Shown: positions 1 through 15,967 of the stretch, piece after piece
Layout of the letters: the number at the start of each line of letters is the position of its first letter
Position numbering within the stretch: the stretch's first letter is position 1
The notes under the pieces: model-generated
The model's database searches: none
What the model was told of the DNA's origin: nothing
The model's input: the letters and a program-made list of their open reading frames with translations, nothing else
Translations under genes and position numbers: made by a program
DNA from: Utricularia gibba
Lineage: Eukaryota > Plantae > Magnoliophyta
Direction: 5' to 3'
Assembly (NCBI GenBank): GCA_002189035.1
Contig: NEEC01000021.1
Location: forward strand, 1,178,001 to 1,242,000
DNA: 64,000 nucleotides

Positions 1-3676
<3,676 letters not shown>

Positions 3677-4873
3677 AGAAGAGGGAGCGCTGTGCGAGGC
3701 ATCCTGTACAGTAATAGGCTTCATGATAGAGAAGTATATAGTACATAAGCGTGCTCATTGGCATTTCATACTCCTCTGTACAAATATGCTCATCACACAC
3801 CAGAATTCCTACTGTTGGAGCAACTGCAACTGATAGTTCAGCTTCATAAGTGGTTTTTGAGACACAGATGTGAAAAAATCCATTCACTGGAACTTCCTTG
3901 GAAGCCAGTGAATAGCTGTCCCTGTTCTCTCTCTATACGCTGTAGGTGAAAAACAAGAATGCACCATGAGTATAATTGGATCCAGAGTTCTATATAATCC
4001 GTTCCTTCAAGTCAGGTGTCATACAGGTTTCTATACCGATTCAGAATCCTCAGAAATGGACATATCTGTTAGGTCAGAGACTCAGAATTGTCAATGCTAG
4101 ATGGCCATTCTTGCCACCATCCCATACTGCATTGGTTACTAAAAGCAATGCAGGCAAAGAGCATGAAACTTGGGTATAACCAACACTTCAGTTCAATCAA
4201 ATGGAAACCAAGATGTATATACTTGAAGACGTACTCAGGGAATGACAAAAATGAAGAGCCTTGAGAAAACCACAGTAAGGTAAACTGGCACATCCTAATC
4301 AAGCTCTGGAGATGTATCAACGGTAATCCCAAGATCAATCAGCCAAGATGTATCAAAAGGGAAACCTGAAACCTCAGAAAAGAGTGCGAACCTCTCGGTG
4401 ATCGAGTGAAAAAGTACCACCAGCTTTGGTCTGAGCTTCGGGTTACTGAAATGTACCTAATTTTCCCTTCTCGTCCCCAGGCGTCAGCAGCCTCGCCGTC
4501 CGCCGCCATTTTTCTTGCCCTGATTCCTTCAAATGAATTAGAGAAGAATCAAACAGAAGAAAACACGATGACCCAATGCAACTAAGCCCTCGGGAATATA
4601 ATCAGTGGTTTTCCTATGGATGTTCGAGAAAGCAGGGGAGCTTTTGGTGGCGATTGCTTCTGCTGCATGTCATATTCTGTAGCAATTTGTTTTACTTTTG
4701 GTACTTGCACATATGATATTCACAATTTCAATCAATTTTGACGTCATCTTGATCTCGGATATCATCGGTTTTCTTCTCCGGCATCGACCGGAGTTATCTA
4801 GCACTTCGTCAGCTCCGCCATCTTTCAAGTCTGTGATGGGCTTGAAAGTTGAAACGTCATGAAGCGATGATGC

Positions 4874-5891
4874 TCAATTCCTGAGCTTTTTGGTGACCTG
4901 GGCCACGCGCTTTCCGTGATGAAAGGCCTGTTCGAGCTCCAGCGCCGTCGGCTGACGCGTCCCATCCGCAGCATACGTCCCAGCGCCGTACGATGATCCA
5001 CCCTTCACCTCCTCCATTTCGAACATCCCTTCTCCAAATGTGTATCCCATGGGAACAAAGATCATGCCATGGTGCGCAAGCTGAGTGATGGCCGTCAATC
5101 TGCAGAGGGTTCGATGCAAGTACAGATTCTTCAGCTACCGAGTGAAGAATGAAGCAGCAAGAGGATGCAAGAAGCTTACGCAGTGAGTTCCTGGCCTCCA
5201 CCATGGAAGCCAGTGCTCCAGAAGATTCCAGCAGGCTTTCCAGCAAGGGCCTGAGTAGACCATATCTGACCAGTGGCATCAAAGAAGGCTTTGAACTGCG
5301 CGGCCATCACCCCAAAGCGAGACGGGAATCCAAAGATGAAGCCATCTGCTTCAACTAGCTGGTCAGGTTGAATGGTTGGGACATCTGTAGCTTTCTCAGA
5401 AGCCTTCATCTTCAGCAACACGCCCTCCGGAAGCGTTTCCGGGACCTGATTCGAGAGAACATTGCCACCTCGATTTAGGAGAGAACAATGAGAACCTATG
5501 TCTCTTTATCTTATCAGAAGTATCCACATTCAGCTGAAAGGCTTCAACCTTAAGCAAATCAGCACAATCCCATTACCACAAATCTCATTGGCTTCAAACG
5601 CCCCAATAAACCACCAACAAGATAAGTAAGGGTTCTAGAGCAATATTTTAACTTCAATTGAGAAAAAGAAGAACAGGGGAAGCGCTAGAAATCACCTGCC
5701 ACAGAGATGCTTCAACATCAGGAACAGAATTTGCTCCCCTCTGTATCTCCCTAGCCATGCTCTCAACATGCCCATGAAGAGAATAGTACCTAAAACACAA
5801 ACAAAACTTGCAAACACAACTCCCAGAACACCAAAGGATCAACTAATATCGACTTGCAGGCTTACACTATATATAGCCTGGTGATGCCCAT
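4874..5891 (-). CDS. FQR1: NAD(P)H dehydrogenase (quinone), FQR1/WrbA flavodoxin-like
   Basis: 4 exons (5891-5866, 5789-5696, 5445-5180, 5099-4874). Motifs [57 protein letters not shown]. Confidence 0.93.
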
Positions 5892-8704
5892 TTTGTTAGC
5901 AAACTGCAAACAATAGAATAGACTTAGGGTGAAACAAAAAGAATCAAATAGACCATCAACGGCACGGGAAAGTTCTATTGAACACGAAGATACAGCGGTT
6001 TCATTTAACAACCTGGTGGGAGCAGATTCTGAAAAGCTTCGTAATTGTCGCTGCAGAGGAGGAAGGAAAGCATCAAGATCGCATAGGCGCTTATTGCGGT
6101 TGGCTTGAAAATCCAATCCTTATCCTCGTAATACAGCTTATTTTCTAGTGGGGTTCAAGTTTTATGAGCGGTTTTGAGGCAAATATGCTGATTGTGAATA
6201 AAGTTGTAATCGGTTTCGATTCAATTTGGGAATATGAATTTTCGTAAATCAGAACCGTACCGTTTCAAATAGGTTCAAAATATTTGGAATGGAGAAACCA
6301 TGGTTACAACTTATACGAAATAGATGTAACAAATGATTCAGAATAGATGAGTCATTGGTTTCATTTTTAAATATTTCAAGATATTCTTAATCATTATGTA
6401 AGTTTAAAAAAATATTTTAAAGAATAATATATCTCTAAGGTATCAACTTATAATGTAAATATGTTAAAAATATTTTTTATTTCAAGATAGTTTTTAGATA
6501 TCTTTAACAACTGTTATTCCGGCTAAAAGCATACAAGTACTATAATGGGCTTCTTCATGAGTATCTGGTAACCATGTATGTAGGGGTATCATTGGTAATT
6601 TGACCGCAAAAGCAATATGAAAAATCATTTAAAAAACAAGTAGACTTTGTTTGATTGATGTGTTTTAAATATTAATAGGATTAAATTATTTGGATTTAGC
6701 TAAATCCAAATATATAGGTATAAAAATAACCATACCTACTATTGAATATACATATATTTATATATGAGGTTATTATATGGATATAATAATTATTATATCT
6801 ATATATAAGGTATAATTATATTCACATATCAAATAATACAATTTTATTAAATCTATCATAAAACTACCTTATACTCTCATATCAAACAAGTACGTAGGGT
6901 GTTGGGAAATTAATTTCTAAAAATATAGTTTAGTTTAGATTCTAATTTGATTCAACATTTTCAGTTTTGGTTTCAATTCGATTCAAGATTTAAAAATTTA
7001 AATTTTGGTTCAAAATGGAAACCCTAAATCAACCATGAACCATGATTTATAAACTGATGTTTCGAAAAAAATTGATCGATTTCGAACTGAAACCAATGGA
7101 TTCCATACCGGTCGCAGCAGCACCCAACCAATGGGCCGAGAAGGAAACAAAGGGTCTAATCAAATGCGAGGAGGTACTACAGGGGAACTTGGGCTCTGAA
7201 CTTTAGTTCATTCAATCCAATTTGAATACTCTAAATTCGAAGTTGACGTTTCAAAAAAAAAGAAAAAAATATGTTATTCCTTTGATTTTATTTATTAACT
7301 CATATGTTAATGGTGTGTATTTAATTGTAAATGAAAAATAGGATGAAATTTGATTTAATTGATATTATTTGTAAAAAAGGATATAATTTATTTAAATAAT
7401 ATAAAATTTTGAGTATTTCATTAAAGATATTAAAGAGATATTATTTTCCATAATATTTCGGAAGAATCAGTCTTGTAATATTTATATTAATTTGAATTCC
7501 CCCACGTGCCACCTAATTAGACTCCACCCACGTTCTAAAGGTTACTATTTACGGTGGTTAATTATGTCGCTGCCGGCGTCACGAGCCGTCCAGCTGGCGC
7601 TTTCGCAGATTTTTCATGGACGGCGGAGATGATTCCACCGGAAGATATTTTCCCGAAGCTACCTAATGGAGATATCTCCGTACCGCATGTGGGACCCACG
7701 TGCCGGTGACAAGGGTTAGATACCCGATATTTTTCTGCCCGCATCGCAATTGCAAGAACGCAGGGTCCCTTCGCAAGCAAATTAATTTTCCTGAAAATTA
7801 ATTATCAGTATTAATTTTAAGAGGAGCCGACATGAAATAATCAATTTTTAATATCATTTTTAGATTTTCATTATGCAAAAAATATTATAATACAATTTTA
7901 CTTTTAAATAAATAAATAAATATATATATATATATATATTAATTTCAATTTTTAATGGTACTTTGTTTTTATATTATTTAGTTTATTATTTAATAACCTT
8001 TTTTGTTGAGAGAAACAAAGTCCAAAGGTAAAATATAAAATCACTTTTGAAAAACCCTAAACCCTAGATTTTAAAATCTTAAAACTAGAGAAGAAATATC
8101 GAATCATTTTACGGTTTAGCCACTTCAAATATCAAGCAGTAAAAAATTTATTAAAAAATACTTTTATGCAGCCAGTTTATTATTTTTAGTTTTTCGTCCT
8201 TGTGGGTCCCCCGGTCCCACCAGACAATAGAATAGGTCCAACTTGGCTTCCTTGTGTTGAATATTCAAATATAAAAACTATCGGCTGCTGATTTTCTTGA
8301 ATTTTATTTATATATAATAAAAAATGGCGTATTTATTTAATATTATTCACAAAACAATGTATTAAATCTCTTGTGTTGTATTCTGGGAGTCACCGTTAAT
8401 TTATTTTTGTAAAAAAAAAGGCTAAAAAACGAGGGTCGTTGATTGGGAGTGACAGCGACGTCTCCTTCGTCTCTCTCCATATGCGATAAGTGATAAGTAC
8501 ATGTGCGCTGCTCCGGCGAACGAAAGGCTGCTCAGAGTGGCCACGGGAGAATTTTCTCTTTCCCGGTGAGCTTCTCGCGTCGGCTCCTCTTCGTTTCCGG
8601 TAGATCTGCGAATTTTCCGATGAGAAGAATCCTTACCAGCTTTCAGTGATCGCTCTGCAGAGGCCTCCCTGCAACATTTCCGCATTTCCTCATCTACGCA
8701 GAAG

Positions 8705-10036
8705 ATGGAATTCCAAGCGGTGCATTGTTCGCGTTGTTCTAGCCAGTCATCCTTTCCCACTTACCCTCCTCTTCTCAAGCATTCACAATCGCCGTACCGT
8801 CGCCGTCGTCTTCACGGCGGGGCCTCCCTCTACACGGCGGCGGTAAACGCTCGGCGCTCCAGTGGTCTCGATCCTGGAACGGGCGGATATCGAAATCCCG
8901 ATCCCAAATCATCACAAGCGCCTTGACCGCAAGCTTCAATCCATTTTCTGATGAGGATTCACTTCATAAGCAGTGGCAAGGGGGCTTATGCAGGCAGGGG
9001 AGACAGCCTATTGCTCAGTGAAGAAAGCCTTTTCATCGACTGTTTTCATAATCCTTGAACTCCATAGCTTCGCTCTGCAGATGAGGGAGTTTTTGTACTA
9101 CGAAGATCTGCAGGGGATTTTAGCAGTGGTTCAGAAGGAGATCCATGCCTCATTCGTTTGGCTGTTTCAGAAAGTGTTCTCTCATACTCCGACCCTGATG
9201 GTTTATGTCATGATCCTCCTTGCAAATTACGGCGTTTACTCTATGTCCACTCGCGTGGCAGCTTCTCCAGTTCAAGTGCAACAAGTATCTGCTGTGGAAG
9301 ATCAGAAGAATGCAGACCAGGGGATGGACTCATCAACTGTTGCAAAAGCTAGATTCAGCTCCTCCAGTGGTAAGACAATGTCCATAGGAGGAGGTGATGG
9401 TGGTAAATACAGGCCGGTGGCTAGTGATACTGATGGAGATGATGACAGATTCAATGAATCGAATGATTGCCATACAATTGTTCCCAATGAGTCCGTCTCA
9501 TTCTCTGAAGAGTCAAGAGATGGAGCTGATCATGAAACAGTGAAGGGATTAGTGCCTGCTATCAATATCAAAATCGAAACAAGGGATTATTCAACAGAAC
9601 ATTTCAGGACTGAGATGCAGTACCTGATGGAATTGGCTCAAGAGCCTAATAATTCCCTTCTGCTGGCGAACTTCGCTCAGTTTCTGTATTTAGTTGCCAA
9701 GGATTTCGACAGGTACATACCATCTCCCTTTTTGTGCATCCAGAGCAGATTCACACAGCCCTTTCATTAGGAGGAAGTGAGAGTTATACTTGTGCTTGTT
9801 GTTGTAACAGAGCAGAAGAGTATTTCAAGAGAGCCACAGCGATTGAGCCAAAGGATGCAGAAGCATTGAACAAATATGCCAACTTCTTGTGGAAAGTGAA
9901 GAACGAACTCTGTGCAGCTGAGGAGACATTCTTGGAAGCCATCGATATGGAACCACAGAACCCGTTTTATCCGGCAGAGTATGCGCATTTTCTGTGGAAT
10001 ACCGGTGGCGAAGACACTTGCTTCCCTTTGACTTGA
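8705..10036 (+). CDS. TPR-like superfamily protein; N-terminal part broken by two apparent 1-bp deletions
   Basis: Conserved block AYCSVKKAFSSTVFII..ASFVWLFQKVFSHTPTLMVYVMILLAN. C-terminal TPR LLANFAQFL..RAEEYFKRA..ALNKYANFLW. Intron 9713-9810; stop 10034-10036. Frame breaks near 8740 and 8980-8984. Confidence 0.8.
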
Positions 10037-10668
10037 ACTGATGTATGAACCTGGCTAGTAACTATCACAGAATGAATGATTCTAGAGTACCCAAAATTAC
10101 ATATAATCATGGAAGAAGTGGAAAACAGAGAAGTAACCTGTTAGTGCTTTAAACTCAGCTACTGCTTCCTGCTGGCGTTCTCCAATTGGTCTCTTGGTGC
10201 TTTCTTCCCCTCTCATCCTGGATGCTGTGGTTGTATAGTCTGCCGGCACCAAGGGCGGTTCACCAAGGAGATGAAATAAAGTTCTTATGCCATTTGTTGA
10301 CTCCATTCCTGCTGAGTTATTCAGATGCACCAAAAAAAAAAAAGTAGGGATTGATGATGCAGGTGGCTGAAGGTTCAAATCCCACATGCGATATACTTAG
10401 CCGTAGAGACAGAAACATACCAATAGTCTTCGCATCATGAAAACAGCGTTCAGAATTATAAAACAATTGTTTCTACTCTACACTAGGAGCAAAATCTGAG
10501 TTCTAAAAGCATCCTTGGGTATACCAAGTGGCTGCAGTGGTAGGGATAAAAAGCAAGTTGTTACTACTGAAAATGGGGCGGTTTAGATGAAGAGCTCTCT
10601 GCATCCACACAGCGGAGCTGCAACGGATGCATTACCGCCCCCAGGGAGTTCGATCCAGTGCAAAATTA

Positions 10669-12593
10669 TCATGCTTGCAGGTCCTTGTTTGGAATGACTC
10701 CAATTTCAATGCTTAACAGGGGATCTGATTCGCCTTCCTTGGCCTTCAAAAATTGATATTGGTGTGAATTCAAAAGATGAAGTGAATGAGGAATGATTAA
10801 TTGACTACTTACTTGGGATGATAGTTGAGGGGATGCATCGCTGAGAACCTTTTGCTGGCTTTCGGTGGTGCAGTAATAGGAGTATAGTATCATTCCAACT
10901 ACCGCAATCAGGATTCCGAAAATATTTCTCCAGCTGAAGGGGTCTCGGAGAAGAACATAACCAAATGCAAGGACAAGGCATGTTTTCAAATGTCCCAACA
11001 CCTGATAAGTAACTGGAGATGTCTTTCCGATGACCAAAAAGGTGCTGAAGTTAACAGAAACTGATATCAAGCATGATAAAACAATAAATCCCTGCCACAA
11101 AACACGAAATAAGATCACCCAGATTAAGCAGATAACTGGAAGAGTTTTAGTTCTTACCATCACTTGAGGAGTGTAGCTGAAGGCAAAAACATTCTGGTCT
11201 GTCAGAAGCCCATCCACAAAAGGCCCGGTTACGAAAAGAATCAATGTCTGGAAAGGGCAAGATTGATAAAGGAGCTGGGTGGATGAAACCTTGAACTTCT
11301 TCTGTATGGTATTTGTCATCTATATGTTAAAAATACGACAGCATCACACACTGCAATTTAACTACTACTGAGGAAATATGCCAACTAAAAAAAAAAAAAA
11401 AAAGGTGATGCAAGCATATAAAGTTTCATGAAGAGAAGGTTTACGATTTGTGCTACACAAGTTGTGGCAACCGCAAGGAAAGACAATAAGGAACCAAGGG
11501 TATTGAGCTGCAAATCGGTCACCGTAGCAATTCCAACGCCAAGTAGCAGCACAACGAGTGAGAGCTGAACATTCCGACTAAACATAGTGAATAAGAAAAT
11601 ATTAGCAGCAAGGATAACACAAGCGATAGAGCACCACAGAGAAAGGATGTAATCATGTTCAGGCTCAACAAAAATTAAAAAAAATAAAAAAGTGAATTGA
11701 TGCGCTGACCTGAACTTTTTTCTAAGGAACAATGTCTCTAAAATAACTGTGAAGGGGATGATTGCCAACTTGGTCATCTAAAATAATAAGCCATAGAAAC
11801 GATGGTTTTAAAAGGCAGCAACTGAGATAAAAAATAAAGAGCTTCTGACTCCATAAATGCATCACACAGAAATTTATACAAACGAGATGACTTCTGCCTT
11901 ACTGCAACTTATTGCACCAAGAAAAAGAAAAAAAGACATCAGACATGGATTAATTCAGTCGCATACAAGAGAATCAGGAGCATGGTGCTTCACACTGGAT
12001 GCATGAAAGAAAAATTGCTCTTAGGATGTTGACAGTCAATTTTTGTTCTCACAAATGGCAGCAACAAAACAACATAGGATCAGTAGAAACAAGCATGAAA
12101 AACTCTGAAGCACAGACATAACCTTCGAATATGTGAAGGGCTAAAACATTAAGGAATCGAGAAAACAACATTCAACCTGATAAAAACCGACGGAGTTGAA
12201 ACCAAGGCTGAGGTTTAGTAGTCCAATAGATGCGCCATTGAGAATCCCAAATGCCATCACAGTCCTTGGATCAAAAGGCTTATGCTCAAACCATTTCAAC
12301 AATATCGCCAAATGGAGCGAACAAAATGTGACGAGAAGATGCCAACTAGTTAGTGTGGTAGCTGAAAAGATATTAAATGGAACCAAGTCAATCTCAATCG
12401 CATCAACAACTCAGAACAAAACTAACCAGCTACAACTGCACAATTATCACGATTTTAATTCAGAATTTCTCACCAAAAGCGAAGCCAAGTGTGCTAATCA
12501 GAGCCTTGTTGCAAATCACAATCGAAACCGACGAAACCACCGAGAGACTCAACGCTCCGGCAGTCCCAACCGAAACCGCTGCCCCTCACTCAT
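10669..12593 (-). CDS. UXT: Nucleotide-sugar transporter, UDP-xylose transporter type (one apparent frameshift in exon 1)
   Basis: 7 exons (12593-12474, 12361-12177, 11777-11710, 11577-11445, 11319-11158, 11091-10813, 10743-10669). Motifs ATTLTSWHLLVTFCSLH, SLGFNSVGFYQMTKLAIIP, VIGKTSPVTYQVLGHLKT. The substrate is inferred from family resemblance. Confidence 0.88.
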
Positions 12594-13428
12594 CTTCTCT
12601 ATCCTCTCCCAATTCAAAACCTCAAATATCTACTTCTGAGACGCAATCCACGATCCTACACACCATTACAACACCAATGAGTTCTCACAAACGTTACACA
12701 TTCGAGTTCACAGCACATCTCCAGATCAGCTCCCACCGGTACAACCAGAAACCAAATGTCGCATTTCTAAGAAAATTAACAGCAACGAATTTGAAAAAAA
12801 AAAAAAACAAAGCAACGACATGCTAGATCTGGCGCTCTACATAACAATCCATGGACAATCACGCAACGATTTAAAGCTCTACAATCGGAGTACGCAGAAA
12901 AGGATCGAACCTCAAACAGGGACGAAGCATCACTCACTTCGTTGGAGAGAATGCGTTGCATTTGAAGTATCACAAGCAAAACTGAAACGTTCGACAAATT
13001 AATTACTATCCCGTGCGCCTTCCATTTCATAATGAGATTCTAAATCGGGAAGCAGCATTATGTCTGTAACCGCTAAGATTGCAAGATACTACTTATAATT
13101 TAATTCATAATATACTTAAATTATATTAAATTAATATATCAATTTGATAAACATATATTTAAAATAATACTTATTTAATATTTAGAAAACATACTAAAAT
13201 TTATTTACGAAAAACTAGGGAAGAATGAAATTAGGGGTAAGAAATGAATTAATTTTAATATAATTTATAAATTCCAAAAGTGTGAGGGTCAATTATTAAT
13301 AAATTTTCTTCCTCTCTCTTCCAAAACACACACCAAATTATTCTTTTCTTTTGAGTATCCACAAAACCATGGTGATGGATTGTATCTACAAAACCAAACT
13401 AATCACCACAACACCTCCACAATTCCGG

Positions 13429-13647
13429 TCAGTTGTGGAGCGGATTCGGGCCGCAAGGCACGAGCCTCTTGGACACCGTATGCGGCTTCTTCTCCGGTTC
13501 CGAGTATCGTCGAGCATCTGAGAGGTATGCATCAAAAGCTAGTCGAAGCCTCTCTTGGTCTCCTGCATTGCTGATTATTTCCCTGCAACAAGTACATGGA
13601 GCCAAAGTGATGAGGAATAGCAAGAACAGGAGAGTTGGAATCCTCAT
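13429..13647 (-). CDS. CLE: CLAVATA3/ESR-related (CLE) peptide precursor, 72 aa
   Basis: Single exon. Hydrophobic signal peptide MRIPTLLFLLFLITLAPCTCC. C-terminal 12-aa CLE domain RLVPCGPNPLHN directly before the stop. Confidence 0.92.
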   Translation of the reverse strand: MRIPTLLFLLFLITLAPCTCCREIISNAGDQERLRLAFDAYLSDARRYSEPEKKPHTVSKRLVPCGPNPLHN

Positions 13648-15562
13648 CCTCGAGTGTTTCAAGCTCAAATGACAAAGAGAGGATCTTTTTAATAGAGAAT
13701 AGGGCGGCTTTGTGAACTTGGCTGCCCACAAAAAGTCATGAGCAAGATTGAGAAGCAACAGTGAGGAAAAAGAAAAGCTTTCATGGTCTGAATTCTAAAA
13801 CCAATTCCTGTGTGTTCCAAGAACAGTTCTATAAGCAAGTGATGCCGTGCTTTGAATAAATTATCAACACCGTTCATTGACTCTGCATATTCCATTCAGA
13901 GTCATCCACCGTGGGATGAAACTCCATGCATCAATCACACATCAAGCAATAGTATGTGAGTCATCCACCCCACTTCTGAAAAAGTCATAGGTCCGAATCC
14001 TAAACACTAAACCATAAAATTCATGTATATATTAACCCAACGGTGAAACATAGTTAGCTAGCTGTGGCATAAGAAGCAAAGAGGTGATCGACTTCAGTGA
14101 CTAAATAAGCCAACTCATTGTATAAAGCAGTGCTTTATCTACAAAGTAAAATATGAATAAACGAGACTCATGTAACAATAAAAATTCCATGTGTCAATTG
14201 AAACACTTCATTGAAAGGGACAAAAAGTAGGTTACAACTATTCAATGATCAGCTAATCTGTCTGAATATTTCCTGTCACGCATTCTACAAATAAAGCAAT
14301 GGGTGCTGCTGCTTTCATTTGCATTCTGCCATCAAATGGCTGCTGCTGCACAATTCTATTAACCATGTGATGTTTTTCTTTTACACGCTATTCAAAAATC
14401 CCCCTCTGTATTTTTTTTTTTTGATCAATCAATCAAAAATCCCTCTTTCTCTCTATGTATATATACACATGATTCCAGATTACAACAAACTAACAAGTAG
14501 GATTGCTGAGAGTTTAAGGTACATTGTGGATTTTATGGATCACATAGAAGAGGCCACCAACCTGGCTTCATTATGATATCCAGATGTGGTGCAAAGGAAA
14601 CATAGAAGTAAGCCGCACATGCAGTCGACACTCGAGAAGTACCTGGATGGACATGAAATCACTTGGAAAATGTGATGCACATCATCAATTCCTACCCACA
14701 CACCATCTTTTATACTCAGCATTTGTTAAGCTTTGCACTTGTTACTCCTCCGTATTTTGTCCTTCCAAGTCTCCCACCAGCCACATCAGATCAATTCAAA
14801 ACTGACTTAGCAGCAAATGAGATACACAAGTGGGAATAACAAACTCCGTATTGATTCCTTTTTCGTCTCTTGAAAATAGTAGAATACCTTAGCATACGGA
14901 TCATTTCCATAGATAAGCTCAACACGTGGAAGATAAAGATGGTCGACGATTTCCCACGCACATTCAACCATTCCATGCATGAATTAGTACCTGCTGGGAC
15001 ACCAGCAATTCGGACTCCACCCGGTTCATCAAGTCCCTCGTTGCAGGGTCGCCTTGACGTTCATAACCACATATTCAAACATAACATCACTTGTCAAAAG
15101 AAAACTCTCAGGGCCCCAAAAGACAGCAGCTGGGTTTACGAACATCCACCACTCAAGATATGGAACCTTGTTTGAAGAACAACTTGGCATATCCCAATAG
15201 CAATCCAATACAGTAACACCAAAATACCATCACAACGAATCGGCGCCCTAATCAAGAACAAACCTTGAAACCTAATGAAAAGAAATAACCAAAACAATCA
15301 AATCTTCTTTCTTCCAAACAGAAAGAAACGCCGCCGGGAATGTTCTGAACTCGAGGAACTTCCCTACGCCGGGAATGGTCGCCGTGATTTGGGCCGGACT
15401 TCAAATCACGAATCAGCCCAATGAAAGCATTTTAAAATATAATATCCATTATTATAAAATATATTTCATTTATCAATCTCTAATTTTAAATAATCTATAA
15501 TTCATATTTTATTACTTCTGCTTCTATGTTTTGTCACCTCAAAAAACATACATATTGAATCG

Positions 15563-15747
15563 TATTTAAAATTCATTCTATTCGATCAATTAACTAAAAA
15601 TTGATCCGATATAATCCGTTTTGAATTCGGATTTTAAATCACATTATAAAATTCGAATTAATTGATATTTAAAATTAATTCTATTCAATCAATTTACGAA
15701 AAATTGATTCGATATAATCGATTTCGAATTCGAATTTTAAAACACGT
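15563..15747. repeat. Degenerate tandem duplication, period about 103 bp
   Basis: TATTTAAAATT..TCTATTC.ATCAAT..AAAAATTGAT.CGATATAATC..TTT.GAATTCG.ATTTTAAA.CAC at 15563 and 15666. Confidence 0.75.
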
Positions 15748-15967
15748 GATGAATCACGCAAATGAAATGAAAATCCACTAATCTAATAATCAATACATGC
15801 AATCCATTTTTAAATAGACACTTCTTCAACATAACAAGCCGAAAAAGGAAACTTCATGGCGGAGTAGATATTTATACACACAGACTGCAGAACTGGAGGA
15901 GGAGACAGAGGGCACAAGTTGGTGAGTTGTAAGAATGAATCGCTACCTTGATTCCCATCTGGTGGCA

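Noticed and set aside
6150-7110. AT-rich region with GGTTC/GATTC motifs and an hAT-like right end
   Set aside because: No matching left TIR or TSD was found, so element boundaries cannot be supported.
8422-8760. 112-aa minus-strand ORF
   Set aside because: No recognisable motif; it is antisense to the 5' leader and first exon of the TPR gene.
15128-15138. AGCTGGGTTTA matches a 25S rRNA segment, suggesting a C/D snoRNA guide on the minus strand
   Set aside because: Only 11 nt, with no canonical CUGA D box at the right spacing and no clear C box or terminal stem.
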